Source: the human T2T-CHM13v2.0 reference genome, Homo sapiens
Assembly: GCF_009914755.1 (NCBI RefSeq)
Contig: NC_060927.1
Strand: one strand, 5' to 3'
Length of the DNA: 64,000 nt
The notes beneath the pieces were generated by a model. That model worked only from the letters and a program-made list of their open reading frames with translations, made no database searches and was not told the DNA's origin. Within the stretch, counting starts at the first letter, position 1; each line of letters begins with the position of its first letter. Both the position numbers and the translations under genes were made by a program. Shown piece by piece: positions 12,660 through 26,764 of this stretch.

Positions 12660-14490
12660 TTCTTCCAGTAACAGCAGACTAGCTTGTTATAGATCAAATC
12701 TCTCACTGAAAGCAGCTAAAAAGAAAGACTCATGTAGACAGCATGTATCTGATAGCATCAGAGAGCTATGAAGGGATTGAGGCTTGAGAGGCTAAGATTC
12801 TGGAGATTCTTAGCCTAATATTCTGAAGATTCTTGAGAGGCTAAGATTCTCAGAGAAGTGAGCATAATGTTAAATGTTACATTTTCTTTCCAAGTATTTT
12901 CAACTCTAAAGTGGCAGCAGAGAAGTTAAACTGATAAGAAATCAGTAGCCAAGAGGTTGAAAAGCAAGAGAGCTTGTGGCATTCCCACATAGCTGTGTAA
13001 AACAAATCAAAACAAAACTGGAGTTTAGGGCCCACAAAGAGATGAGGTGCTAATAACACACAAGGCTTTCCATTGTGAACCTAAAGAAATAAGGTGAACA
13101 AAAGAAGACCAAGCCTCAAAATGACTGAAGCCCAGCCTTGAAATAATTAATATCTTAATGAATTAATATAATCTACTCCTACTCAAATGTCTGCCAGAAG
13201 GAAAAGTAACACTCTCTGGTGGAAGATGACATCACTCAGGACTTAAATTTGTCTTCCTTTGACTATAGGCAATTTCTGTCAGTCAATAAAAAAAAAACCA
13301 AGCATGCACAAAGTAATACATACATATACTATATTTTTGGTTTTGTTATACATATGTGAATTATCTTATACGATGTATATGAGATATATGATATATACAT
13401 TTAAATTTTTATCTTAAAACATAAGAATAGATTCACAGGAGATGTGAATATTGGAATTAATAGACACTGACTTTAAAATAGCAATTGTTAATATATTCCA
13501 GAAAATGGCAAGGGGAAAACATTCAAGAAATAATTGAATACTATGAAAAATTAATTGAAAAATCTAGAGCCAGTTTAAAAACACAATAATTATGAAATCA
13601 AGAGGTGGTCTTAACAGATTTAACTCACTTGAACAGAGAATTAGTATACTAGAAAATGAGTAAGAGGAAATATCTAGGCTAGATTACAGAGATAGGAAGA
13701 ATATACAGCAATGTATATCTGTAATGGATATAATAAAATTATGTACCATATGTAAATTAGGAATTCAAGAAAGTGAGTGGAGAAGGAATTTGACAAAAGC
13801 AGTATTTGGAAATTTAATATCCAGGAATTTTTCAAAATTGACTATAGAGATAATGTTATAGATTTTCTCAAGAATTTTTGTGAGTTTTCAGCAGAATAAA
13901 TGCAGAAAACATCATACCACTGTAGTAAAACTACTCAAAACCCCAAATAAAGGGAAACCTTAAAAGCATCCCAAGAAGATGAATACATTACCTTCACAGG
14001 AGCAACACTAAGGCTGACAGCTGATTTCTCAATAGAAATAAATGAGAGTGGGTTGAAATCTTCCAAGTGCTGAGAAAAAATCACTGTCAACCTATAATTC
14101 TATAATAAGTAAAAATTTCCTTCAAAAATGAAGGTAATATAAAATATTTTTGGGAAAAAAGGCAGAGAATCCATTATCAGCAGACATACATTAAAGGAAA
14201 TACTAAGGGATGTTCTTTAGGCAGAAGAAAAATTATCCCAGTACATGCAAGAAGATATATGAGTAAATCTAAATCAATATTAACTATTTAAAACATTTAA
14301 AAATGAATCGTGACTATCTGAGAGACACACACACACACTTGCACACAGGTGGCATTGAAATACACAAGAATAGTACCAAAGCAGGTGAGGTGAATGTAAA
14401 TGGAGTTAAAGTGTTCTATGGTCTTTTCATTGTCCAGCAAGCTAAAACTAATTTTTATGAAAATTTAGTAAGACAAGAAAGCATGTAATT
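12660..14490 (+). mobile_element. Ancient L1M (L1ME/HAL1-like) 5' end and ORF1 remnant
   Basis: aaggctgacagctgatttctcaatagaa, tccttcaaaaatgaagg, ggaaatactaagggatgttctttaggcagaag are ORF1 C-terminal motifs. Confidence 0.65.
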
Positions 14491-14574
14491 TACATTTAGT
14501 GTAATTTTGATTCATTTGGGTTTTTATATATGATCTTTTTTACTTGTTTTCTAATTGACCCATTAGTTTTATGG

Positions 14575-14980
14575 TTTTTTTTTATACTTTAAATTTTAGG
14601 GTACATGTGCACAATGTGCAGGTTTGTTACATATGTATACGTGTGCCATGTTGGTGTGCTGCACCCATTAACTCGTCATTTAACATTCAGTATATCCCCT
14701 AATGCTATCCCTCCCCGCTCCCCCCACCCCACAACAGGCCCCGGTGTGTGATGTTCCCCTTTCTGTGTCCATGTGTTCTCATTATTCAATTCCCACCTGT
14801 GAGTGAGAACATGTGGTGTTTGGTTTTTTGTCCTTGTGATAGTTTGCTGACAATGATGGTTTCCAGCTTCATCCATGTCCCTACAAAGGACATGAACTCA
14901 TCATTTTTTATGGCTGCATAGTATTCCATGGTGTATATGTGCCACATTTTCTTAATCCAGTCTATCATTGTTGGACATTT
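14575..14980 (-). mobile_element. Young L1PA (about L1PA3-5) 3' end, 5'-truncated
   Basis: Close match to the L1PA 3' UTR; ORF2 C-terminus WIKKMWHIYTMEYYAAIKNDEFMSFVGTWMKLETII in ORF 14786-14968. Confidence 0.96.
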
Positions 14981-15467
14981 TGCCTCCTTTCTTGAATTTT
15001 TTTACATTAATCAAATATATTTTACTACTCCCTTATCCTCTCTGTTAACTTGTCAGTCATACAGTCCTTGCCCTTTTCTTTAGTTGTTAGCTTAAACCTT
15101 ACTTCATGTATTCATGTCTTATTTTTAGCTTAATATAACTTGTTATTTCTATGATTTATTCACTCTTGTGTTCATTCTAATTTGGTCTTTATTTCTGAAA
15201 TAACTTTTAGCATTTCTCTTAATTCTTCCCATATTATTTTATCTTTCTTTTTATATCTTCCCTGTTTCTTACCATCTTGTTTCTCAGTTTTTAAAATTCT
15301 AACTTTTGTTGTTCTTTTATAATTTTGATACTTCTCTCAATTTTTAAATTCTCATTTGGAAACATTAGATTATAGTTTTACTTATACTTTTAACCTTTTT
15401 TTTGGTGTGTATGTAGGAACATTATTTTGTGTAACAACTTCTCTTTACCTTGATTAAATAATTATAC

Positions 15468-15672
<205 letters not shown>

Positions 15673-15772
15673 TTATATTGCCTAGTTTTTTTTTAAAAAA
15701 AGATATGAGTTTTGCCTACCTTTAGGAGTAAGAGGTATCCAACATTGCATTTATGTCTCAATTTTGTTAAAG

Positions 15773-16260
15773 TAGAGGCTGGCAAACTTTTAATGTAAAG
15801 GGCCAGATAGTAAATACTTGATGTTTTGTTGGCTACATAAAGCTTCTGCCTCCTTCTCTCCTTTCCCCTGTTTTTCTCCTGCCCCTCCCCATCTTTCCTT
15901 TCCTCTTCTTCCTCCACCTTCCATTCCTCCCCCTCTTCCTCCTTTATCTTCTTCCTCCTCCCCTCCTTTCCTTCCTCCTTTCTTTCTCTCCTCTTCTTCT
16001 TTCTCCTTCTCCTTCACTTCCTTTACCTTCATCATCTACTTCATCATCTTCCTCATCATTTTCCTTTTTTCCTCCTCTCCTTTCTCCCTTTCTTCCTTTT
16101 CCCTTTTCTCTTCCTCTTCCTCCTACTCCTTCTCCTTCCCTGCTTCCCCCCGGCAACTTCTTCTTTTTTTCTTTTTCTTCTTTCCAATCTTATCTTGTAG
16201 GGCTACAGAAAATCAGCCACAGGCCGCATTTGGCCATTGGGCTGTAGTTTTTTGACCCCT
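15773..16260 (+). mobile_element. MER58-family hAT-Charlie MITE with an expanded internal pyrimidine tract
   Basis: ggcaaacttttaatgtaaagggccagatagtaaata at the start; ggccgcatttggcc...tgtagttttttgacccct at the end. Confidence 0.75.
15843..16185. repeat. Polypyrimidine/polypurine low-complexity tract (TCC/TTC-rich)
   Basis: About 340 bp, almost only C/T on the + strand. Confidence 0.95.
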
Positions 16261-19200
16261 AACAACATTGAATAAACAAGTCCAGATTGATTTATAACAC
16301 CAAGGGTATTAGAGCATTCCTTCCATTTTGCCAAGTGATTAAAATACGGTCTTATATTTTCAGATATTGGATTCTTCTGTTTTTCTCCTCCACTGTTATA
16401 TGGATCTCCTCTTTCTTTATCTTTCCATATTTACCTGTGTCTTTTTAATTGATATCCTACTACCAGCATTTTTTCTTCAGTGTAAAGCTTTGAAGTCAGA
16501 TTTGTTAGTGTCAAGAGTTTATGAGACCCAGACTGCTCCAGCACAACTACAGCAGAGTCCATTATAATCTCCACTCAGCATGGATTTAAAAAGCTTCCGC
16601 TGTGGTTTTTAGACTTATCCACTACACTTTCTGGAGGATACTTTTTCCTGATTTTAGAATTCTCCTATTCTCAGAGCAAACAGAAGACCACATGCCTTCT
16701 CTCCACTTCCTCCCACAGAAATGCTGACACCATGCAGCATGGAGATTTCAGAGTTTTTACTACCTCCTTATATTTTGAGATCTGTGGGCTTATCTTGCCA
16801 CCTAGTTTTGTTAGAGATGCTATTCATGGGTTTTTGTTTTGGCTTTTCTAGTTGCTCTCTCTGTTTCTATGGGGGTTTTTGGGAGGTTCATAAATGAAGC
16901 TTTGGATGTCGAAATAGTCCACACAACTTCCTCTCTGATTTGCTTTCCCAATAAAACAAGCTGGTTTCTGTGTGGAGAAAAGACAATAGGAAGAGTAATA
17001 GGAGACAAGTGCAATAACACTGACAGGAGAGAATGGTGGCATGGAATATGGTAATTGTAAAAGTAGTGAGAAGTCATCAAATTTTGGAATCTCTTTTGAT
17101 GCTCTCACTTTCTTATGCAGGGTTCTGTTCTCTAGTCCAGCAATTCTATTTTACTGTAAATTTGTTCTATGATTTTTGTTGGCTGATGGTCTCTCTTAGA
17201 TGGGTTATGTTTTTTCTTTGTTGGCTCATTACAACTCAGCTTTAGCTGTGGGGAGTCTTTCAAACTGTGGGAGTTCCAGAGGTGGTGGAACGTAGAAAGG
17301 TTTCTATCCCTGTAGCCCTCAGTTGCAAAGGCAGGAAGTCTGTCTGTTGTTGGCTGAGGTACCTGGCAAAGCCTCTAGTTATTGTGTTCTTGTGCCTTCC
17401 AAACTTCAGGTGCAGGTAAATTTATAGTAGTTCTCCCATTACTCTTTCTAGGAACACCTGTCATATTCATAAGGAGCTGATGGCAAATTTACTTTTGGAA
17501 CCCTTAAGTGGCAAGTTCTTCCCAGTTCCTGTTGCTTTTCATTCCTGACCTTGGCTTGACACTTGGATAAAGTTTCATAATAGTTTTTTTATGCCAGGGT
17601 AAGCCCAAAGTCTCCCTTCAATTGTAGATCCCAGAGGCATTTGGTCAGGAAAATAAAATAGCTTAAAGTTGAGAGTGGAGGGGAAAGGTCACTATCCTAC
17701 CATAATTTTCTCTTAACAATCTTCTTTCTAACCTGATTATCTTTAACATCATCAGAACCCGATTAATCTTGTCTTAACATGTTTGTGGATTCAGTAGATT
17801 TAGTTAGTGGATTGCCATTATGGTATGTTTTCAAATTATTGATAATAGTATGATGATTATAAAAGTAACTATAGAAAGTAGAACATTGTGTATGAATCTG
17901 GATTTATCTATTGAAATTTATGACTTGTTTGGAAATACATGAAAACATGTCAGGATTGTTGTTCTCTAGCTGTTTATTGCCTCATCAAATGGATAGGATA
18001 CATGTGATTTTGAAAGAAAATGAAGAGAAGAAAGAAAAATAAACCTCCTATACAAGGCAGCACAAAGTTTCATATGTGTTTTTAGACAAGTTATGTAGAA
18101 ATTGAGAGGACGGGCATGTAGTAAAACTTTAACTCATTACTTGGGATATTCTTCATATTTTATATTGATATGGCTAGGCAATAGTTAAGTTTTATTCTAA
18201 AAACATGTATTTATTAAAACTATGTGCTAGACTCTGGCAATTCAATAATAAAGGTAACACCATCCCTCGCTGCCAGGAGTTCATGATTTAGAAGACTGCA
18301 ATCAGGATTGTATCCATTTTGAGTTAATTTTTTTCAGGCTTTGTCTTAGTTTACTTTGTGACCAACAGTAGAATAGTATTGGTCATGTTTAAGGATGACA
18401 GTTGTGATGGGGGAACAGAGCAAACAAAAATAACAAGGAAAGAAAAAGAAAGGAAAAGTTTTGGTGTTTGAACAGTGTTACCCTTATTATTGAATTGCCA
18501 GTGTCGGTGTCTATTGAACAAAATCTCAGTGTTCATAATGGCTGGTGCTACCAAGGAAATCAGCAAATGTAGAAGTCCAGATTTGATGGTGATTGTTTCA
18601 GTTGGATTTAGAAAGTTGCTATGAACGTGATGGTGTTGAAGTCTGTTTCCCAATGTGTGGCAGTACTAAGTATAGAGACAGAATTTCCATTCCATTCCTA
18701 GAGTTGACCTTGTTGTTAGAGTGTATGTGGGAAGTGGAAAACAATAAACTTGACTCAGAAGTTATGATTCACGATTCACTAGTACGTAGAGATTTTTTTA
18801 GATGCAACTTCAATCATTTTTAAACTGAATCATTTTCTAAACTTATTTTAAGCAATTGATTTTCCAGTAATAACATTCATCTTTGTGATGTCAAAATCAT
18901 TAATAATAAAATATTTGTACATAGTTCTCTGAGTAATATATAATTTCATTATGAGGCTAAATGACATGCATACATGTTAGCTGTTGATAATAAGAACACT
19001 TATAAAGACAAATATGTGTTTTTCTTTTCTTTCCTGTTTTTAAAGATCAATGAATTCTTCCTTTGTTTTTACTCTGCTTAGCAATTCGCTCAGATCCTCT
19101 ATCAGACATGGATAAATATGCCAAGAAAGGTCACTGATCTAAACAGAGTGGTATTATATCCTAGAGAAAAGTTGTACAGAGAGAGAATTTATTCTTAGTT

Positions 19201-20099
19201 TCAGTTATGAAAGCATAATACTTACGTTTCTAAACAGAATAGTGAATCTCCAAAAATGTATTTAGCAGCTCATAGAGCCTTTTTTGAGGTTTTTGGGTGT
19301 GGTCTGTAAAAATCAAGGGCTAAAACGTTCAGATTTGTTTTCTTGTAAAGTAAAAAGTATAGTCATTTGTCTTATTCATTCATGGCTCATATCAAGGTAT
19401 GGAATAAAATCCAGAAAAACTCGACATTTCTCAATGTCTTAGTGGCTGATGGTTTTTTCAGAATATTATAAATACTTTCAAATTAAAAGCATGTAAAAAG
19501 TCTGATGCAGGCTGAAATTATTCAGTGTTCCTGACAAAGGGGACTTTGGCCACTTTAGAGTCATCATATCTTAAGTATAATCTTAAATATAATGTTGTAT
19601 TTCCTTTTCAATATAATGGATTGTATAAGAGTTCCTCAAGTACACATTCATAACACTAAAAATGTTTTTTAAATGTCAAGAATTCAAAACATTCTATTTC
19701 TTCAATTGTTTCAAGGTTGCCATGGCTTTAAAAGAAGCATTGAAGTATTCAAAAATCCTTTCTCTCAATGGTCCATGGCTTTCCTAAGAAGCCAGCATTG
19801 CTGCTATAGTGGAACCAGGGGCTCTTAGTGGCTATCGAAGCTTTGTTACTGCTGCCAGAACACAAAATAAATGAAGGTCATGTCTGAATATCCTTAGAGA
19901 ATCCTGTCTGCAACAGATCAACTATTGAATATTTATAATATACAGATAGTTTTGGAAACTTGGAAAAATATCTCTCAGGCTGACTTTAGAATTTTTTTTT
20001 TATAATTTACTCAATTTTAAAATCCTAAAGTACAATGCATACCTATTTGTTTCAGGAAGATTATTCTGACTGCCATCTTCCTTAGGCCTCACTGTATCA

Positions 20100-20242
20100 T
20101 AATCCCTATGCCACTTGCATGCATATCCATCATCACTGACTTGTTCCTTAAGGTAAGAGGCCACGTCATATTTATCCCTGTGCTTTCATTGCCTGGTGAG
20201 TGCCTGCATCATAGTGAGAGTAAATAAATCTATGGAATAAAT
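20100..20242 (+). mobile_element. L2 3' end
   Basis: ccttaaggtaagaggccacgtc...gtgcctgcatcatagtgagagtaaataaatc. Confidence 0.5.
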
Positions 20243-22444
20243 CAACCCTAGGTTCAAATTCAGGAGGAACAACAAATTGATAACAAAGAGGATAAGATAC
20301 TCTTGTGCAATCATGTGTATCGTATCAGTATTTCCACGTACTAATTATTTGTCATCCATTTGCTCTTAGAACTATCTTGATTCTCTTTGTTATGGATATA
20401 CAGTTTCCTACCAAAGTTCTCCTACAAATGAAGAATTCCAATTTCCAGGGGCTGGAAGCTTAGTCTGAAGGGATTGTCATATTTTCAATATTTTTATGTT
20501 TGGTATTTTTAAAATAACATATAATTTCCCTTCTATTATCTCTGTTTATTTTATTATAGACATTATATAAAACATAATATATAAAAATAGAATTGCTCCA
20601 TGTTTATTTGGTTATAAATATGTCTTTTCTAAATCTTCAATGAAGTTTGATAATCCAGGCATATTCATTATACTTATCCTATGAACTCTTATATGCTCTA
20701 ACTCTGATAAACATGGCATTAACATATGTCTCTTTAACAAGAGTCCATTTCCAGAACAAAGGTTATTTTTCAACAGTGTCTTGAGTGATATTCCCACATA
20801 ACAAATAGACAACCTTAGGCTCTTTCTGAGATTGAATTTGTTGTGAAATATTATATTTAAAAAAATTAAAATGATAACTAATAAATAAATACAGATTTCT
20901 TGATTGATTAATCAGGATCAGGAATGTTATCCTATTTGGAGGACTCAGAAAATATTAAAAATATAACAGCAGTGAAAGAAACCAGAAGTATGATTTCAAT
21001 TGTCATTTATTAAATGATTCATTTGTTCTTCACCTCATTCATTCATCACATCATCAAGCATCCAAGAAACATATGACTCATTAGGAAAGACAGGCAAGGA
21101 AATGGCTCACCACAGTGTAAGACAGAATGTAAGTGCTATGACAAAGGGATGAAAATCATGTTGTGGGAGTGCAGAGAGAATTGAGCATAGTGATGGACAA
21201 TGGGGAAGGCTTTATGGAGCAAGGGGTATACACATGCTGGCAATTGGAGTGCTAGAAATGGAAGTTTGGGTAAGAAAATCACCACAAATCTTCTAGCAAA
21301 GGTCTACCAAACTGTCTGTTGCAGCAAAAAAAGAGGATATGAGATTAGAAAAAACATGTCTATTATATGTGGTTTGAATGTTATAGAAAATGGAGTACTG
21401 TGGAGCTTAAGTAGCCCTCGGTAGAGTAGTCAAAGGTATGGTAGCCTGGACACCTTTTACAGCAGCAGTTTTAGCATACCATATCTCAAATTCACGCATT
21501 TGGTCTTAAAAGGGGTAGAAACTAGCTAGAAGAAATTAGGAACTAAGAGATAACTACTTATTGGCACAATCTGTAATGTTCCATTAAGATTTTGAAGTTA
21601 ACAGATCATTATTATCGAATAGATAGCATTCCTTACTAATGCTGTAGGTATGTCCAATGTTACTGATGTGGCTATCTATCTATTCATGGTGTTCAGGGGC
21701 AACAACACTTGTGGACTGTTCTGTATTGTTCAAGGTGAAGCTTTAGGGAAAGGAAGAAGAGAGACTGATCATAATAAGAGATAAACAGAAGTGGAGTAGG
21801 TTGACAGTGAAATAATAAAGAATGACCTAAATCATAATGCCACATTTCGCAGCATTTTTGTATGTTATAAAGAGTTTTCACATAAGGGTCTAGGTAAATG
21901 GGTGATGTTTTTATTTTCATTTGACAAATAATAATCAATTGATTATTATTTTGCATTCCAGTTAGTAGGCAACAGAGGCCTCACATGAACTAGATCGTGT
22001 TCCCTTGCTCCTTTCATTAGAATTGTTCCTGTGGAGCCTGAGTGGCTGTCAGTCAGAGATGCTCTGGTCTAGAGGGGATTTCTACCGCAGGTTGATTTAG
22101 ATGTTGTTTCACATCCTTGAAATTCTAAGAATCCCTGATTCTGTGACAAAAACTTCAACTCGGGAAGGAGCCTGTGAATTGTGCAGAAAATGTTGGTAGA
22201 TTTGGAAAATGTTCTGTTTGTAGAAGGAGCAGAACTTGGACAGATGCTGGCTATACAAGGAAAAAGAGGAAAGAAAGTAGAACATAATTCAGAAATTTAT
22301 CCTTTGGTAAGTTAGGTTAGTTGTGTATTAAAGAAAATTCACATTTGAAGACTCAGTTAATGATTAAAATGGTGCCCAAAGTCTCATTTAGCAAGACACT
22401 AAATAATATAAATTATTATTATTATTTTAATATAATACATATAT

Positions 22445-22710
22445 TTTTGAGACCGAGTCTCGCTCTGTTGCTAGGCTGGAGGGCAGTAGCGTGATCTTGG
22501 CTCACTGCAACCTTTGCTTCCCAGGTTCAAGTAGCTTTCCTGCCTCAGCCTCCTGAGCAGCTGGGATTACAGGTGTGCACCACCACACCCAGCTAATTTT
22601 TGTATTTTTAGTAGAGATGGGGTTTCACCATGTTGGTCAGGCTGGTCTCGAACACCTGACCTCGTGATCTGCCCACCTTGACTCCCAAAGTGCTGGGATT
22701 ACAGGCGTTA
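22445..22710 (-). mobile_element. AluS (Sg/Sc-like)
   Basis: tgagaccgagtctcgctctg...ctgacctcgtgatctgccc (2-bp deletion diagnostic). Confidence 0.96.
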
Positions 22711-23112
22711 GTGATGTCTGACTGTAACTATTTCTCTTCATTTCAAATCTTAGGAATTTTTTTTTCTATTTTCCTTATGTGTTTACAAAAACACATTTTG
22801 ATAACTGCAAACCTCACATTCTGTCCTTGACATATTGTAATTCTTTCAAATATGGAAAAAAAAGTATAACTGTTGTAGTACAATCACTTGGAAATATCTA
22901 TTTCCATTAATTTTTCAGGGCTTGCCTTTGCAGGCTTCTGTAACCGTGACTTCAAGGACAGCAACTCCAAGGACAGTTGCCAGCTGCAGTTTGCATAAGT
23001 TTAGCATAGTCTTAACCCAGTAAGCATTGTGGATCTCAAGGGCTTCAGTCTTCTAAACCTCACAGTTTATATGGCAACCATTTGAAAGAGAAGCTGTAGA
23101 AGAGGGGGAAAT

Positions 23113-23154
23113 ACACAGACACGCTCACACACAAACACACACACACACACACAC
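23113..23154. repeat. Interrupted (CA)n microsatellite
   Basis: acacagacacgctcacacacaaacacacacacacacacacac. Confidence 0.95.
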
Positions 23155-24954
23155 GGTAATTTAAACACTTAATTGTAAGCTAATTGTGACTGATTTTTCT
23201 TCTTAGTCCCTCGTCACTTTTGCTGCATACCTCTTACACCATTTTAATCCACTGCCTTGGAATAACCTATAATCATTAATTTTGGAAGCAACTAAGAAGG
23301 AGGTGATGAAAAAAATGCTATTTCTTTGTAGTTTTATCTTTATTAAAAACACAAATTTAAGGCATTCCTGAAACTATATGTAGGAAAAATTGTATGTATA
23401 TAGATAGATATAGATGTCTGTATAGTCGTTTATTTCTGAGGTTTCAGAAGAAAAACTCTCATTGGTAAAACCCATCTACCTTTTTGCTGTATTACTGATA
23501 AGTCTCTTTGGTAAGCCATTCAGCCCATAGCCAGAGTGCTGGCAGTCTAACCATAACCAAAGAATACATCCCATGCCTTTCTTGTTTTTAGCCCTTACAT
23601 TGCTGCTGCTCTCCTGAATATCCCCAAGGTCTAAAAATACTTAGATAATGGAGTCCTAGGTCTGAAAGCTTCCTCAGAAATTATCTGGAAAACCATTGTG
23701 CTAGAAAATGCATCTGTCTATATCTATTTCTAAAGCACTAAATCCAATTTTGGGGCCTCCAAATGAAAATGTTCTATTTTTTATTCTAGCTGAGACTCTC
23801 TGATGAAAGCTTACTCCACAGGGATACTATATTGAATGCTAGATAGCAATGCTTTTTACCAGATAAAACTATTTCCCCAATCCATTCTACAAAAGTTTCT
23901 TTTAAAAATTAATTTTCTAGGCCATGGACAGAAAACTCTGTGATGCTTCATGACAATCAGAACAGTGCCTCTAATGGGTTATTTCTTCCTGTAAGGGTAT
24001 TTTTGAAAAAAAGAAAATAAAAATGCATTAGTCAACTGAATTTCTTTTATGTTGAGGTTGGAAAAGAGAAGCATAGGTTAATCTGAAAGGGGGAGCTAGA
24101 TGTGGCTAGCAAAGTGATGTGTCCACTACAAAAGGACTTTACTATGTTTTAGACTTTTTCAGCATAGATTTTTTCCCTAGAAACTTAAAGTTTATAGGCC
24201 AATGGACGAGATAAAATGCAAATGAAAAGATCCCCTCTCTTTATTTTCCTAATAAAAATTAAATATGTTTTACTCACAAAGCATGATTTCCCACCAAAAG
24301 GACTGCCATGTTCCACATTTCCTAAAGAAAATACCCAAAAGAGCTCACGTTTCCTTTTATTAATTTACCAACTTGAGAAAAAAAATTATTTCCTCCAAAA
24401 TTTTAGTGCCTAAGATTACTGGCTATAGAAAGATAATTTAAGTAAGTTCAAAAAACTTTCTTAGAAGTTCTCGAGGTAAATAAAACCTATATGTCAGGAA
24501 GCAAATACCTGACATTACGCAGTGGCAAAGTCAGCTGAGATATTGTATTATCCACCTAGAGGCTTGAGGAAATTTTATTTTCTTTAATGCGTTTGCTCAA
24601 TAGAACATGCTATAATACTTCTAAAGCTATTTGAAATGAACGGATCTAGAATCCCAGAAGAAGAAAAATGCATTTAACACATTGGAGATTGCATCCTGAA
24701 GACAGCCTTTTGTGTCAAAACAGAATTGACCGGGAGAAGATTGAAACAGCTCACTCGGTTGAAGATGGGTAAAATAATTCCAATGGTTAGGAAAATAAAC
24801 TGCCCCCTCATCCTTTTTCCTGTTATTCCTGACTGCCCTGTCTTATTCCAGAAAATATTGAGATGCCTGATAGTGATCATAAAGCATGAGATCGCTAAGA
24901 AAAACATAGTCTAAATTTTTTCAACAAACTTTTTTTGAGGGTTATATCTATTGA

Positions 24955-25448
24955 AGTCTCAGCAAGAGATAGCACACTCCAAAGGGCAACTGAAAAGACT
25001 TCACTGGAGAGACTGTTTACAAATCGTGGGCAGGGCTCAGGGAACCAATGGTAATAGTGAAACACTCAGGAGTTCGCTAGCAATAGCAGAAAGCCATTAC
25101 CATCCTTAGGCCAGAAAGGACAAGGGAAGATAACAATTACATATTGGAATCCAGTGAGAGCTGCAGCCATGCGGAAAGGGTCCCAGAAGGAGCTGAGGCC
25201 TTAGGTATGGGGGAAAGCCACTGCCAAACCTTGGACCACCAGGCAGAACACAGAGAATAAATACCTTAGCCTCTGTCTCCTTCTATCCTCTTTTCTCTTA
25301 TTGGCTTCTCCCATTGACGAAACCCAAGTACAAATTGGAATGTAATAAAACTTGGCTGAAGCAACCTTTAGAGTTTACTTCCCAGGGCACAAAGCAGGAT
25401 AGATAAGCCTGTAGAGTTGATCTGGAAGGGCAAAGATTATCCAGCACA
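24955..25448 (-). mobile_element. ERVL-class solo LTR (LTR33-like)
   Basis: End gatctggaagggcaaagattatccagcaca resembles the reverse of the LTR33 start tgtgctggatattttccatttgcccctccagatc. Confidence 0.6.
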
Positions 25449-25599
25449 AGTAGCTACCATATGCCAGGCAATGTATCAAATTTAGCATCATTGTTTTCTC
25501 TCGATCGTATAACTAATTAGGGTGGTAGATTAGGAGGAAGTTATAGAAAGAATAGATTCTGATTTCTTAAAACAATGCACAAATTTTCCTGTGACAGCG

Positions 25600-26025
25600 T
25601 TTGTTGTTGTTGTTTTGGTGGCTTTTTTTGAGACAGGGTCTCACTCTGTCACCCAGGCTGGAGTACAGTGGTGCTATCATAGCTCACTGTGGCCTTGACT
25701 TCCTGGGCTCAGGTGATCCTCCCACCTCAGCTTCCCAAGTAGCTGGGACTGCACTGCAGGCGTGAACCACTATGCCTGGTTAATTTCTCTATTTTTAGTG
25801 GAGACGGGGTCTTGCCATGCTGCCGAGGCTGGTCTATAGCTTCCCAAGTAACTGGGACTGCACTGCAGGCACGCACCACCATGCCTGGTTAATTTTTGTA
25901 TTTTTAGTGGAGACAGGGTCTTGCCATGCTGCCGAGGCTGGTCTTGAACTACTGGGTTCAAGCGATCTGCTCGACTTGGCCTCCCAAAGTGCTGGGATTA
26001 CAGGAGTGAGCCACCACTCCTGGCC
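25600..26025 (-). mobile_element. AluJ with an internal 109-bp tandem duplication
   Basis: AluJ diagnostics (cctgggctcaggtgatcctcccacctcag); duplicated 25729-25835 and 25838-25944; degenerate TSD tgtga[c/t]ag. Confidence 0.95.
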
Positions 26026-26764
26026 TGTGATAGGGCCTAAAACACTCTGGTAGAATGTTTTCCCACTCTCAGATGCAAGTTATTGAGGAACAATAGCTTT
26101 CTTATTTGTCTTTGTTTCTTTAGTGTCTGGTGCAGAGAATATATTCCCTAAGCAGATGTTGCATTTGTGAAAGAACTTTAAAGACATTTAGTGTGAAAAA
26201 AAGGCATAGGGAAATACCCAAGATAGTTATTCTCAAGTATTTATGAGATTGTGCCATTATATTGGAGCAATAGTACATTTTTGTTCTTTTAAGACACACC
26301 TGGGTTTAATGTCAAGAAGTTACATGGAAGAAGAGGTTTTGCACAATTTAAGAAAATTCTGAAGATTAGAACTCTCCAGCTGGAATTAGAAAATTAGGTG
26401 AAATAGGCTGACTCTGTTACTGGAAATAAACAAGAGGACAGGCTGGCTGCATGCAAATATTCCTCAGGAAGGGATCCCTGCATTGGATGTGAGGTGTTTT
26501 GTTTTTTGAAATTATCGTTAGATTCCACATGACCTGTGTTTACATTAGATTCCATGATTTCATAAATTTTAAAGACTGATTTCAACTTTGTGAGTCTAGA
26601 ATTGTTTTAATTTCTAAGACTACTTCCTGTATACTCATGTAGCAGCATTTTAAATGTCAACAGTTTTAAACTTTCCTTTCTTGATTAGTTGCATTATTTT
26701 TGGGTGCATGGTTTTATTTTCTGTTAAGTAGATTGAACATTTGTTTACAGAGAAGCAGGATGAA

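Noticed and set aside
15693-16255. E/K/G-rich and S/F/P-rich ORFs
   Set aside because: Artefacts of the stop-free pyrimidine tract.
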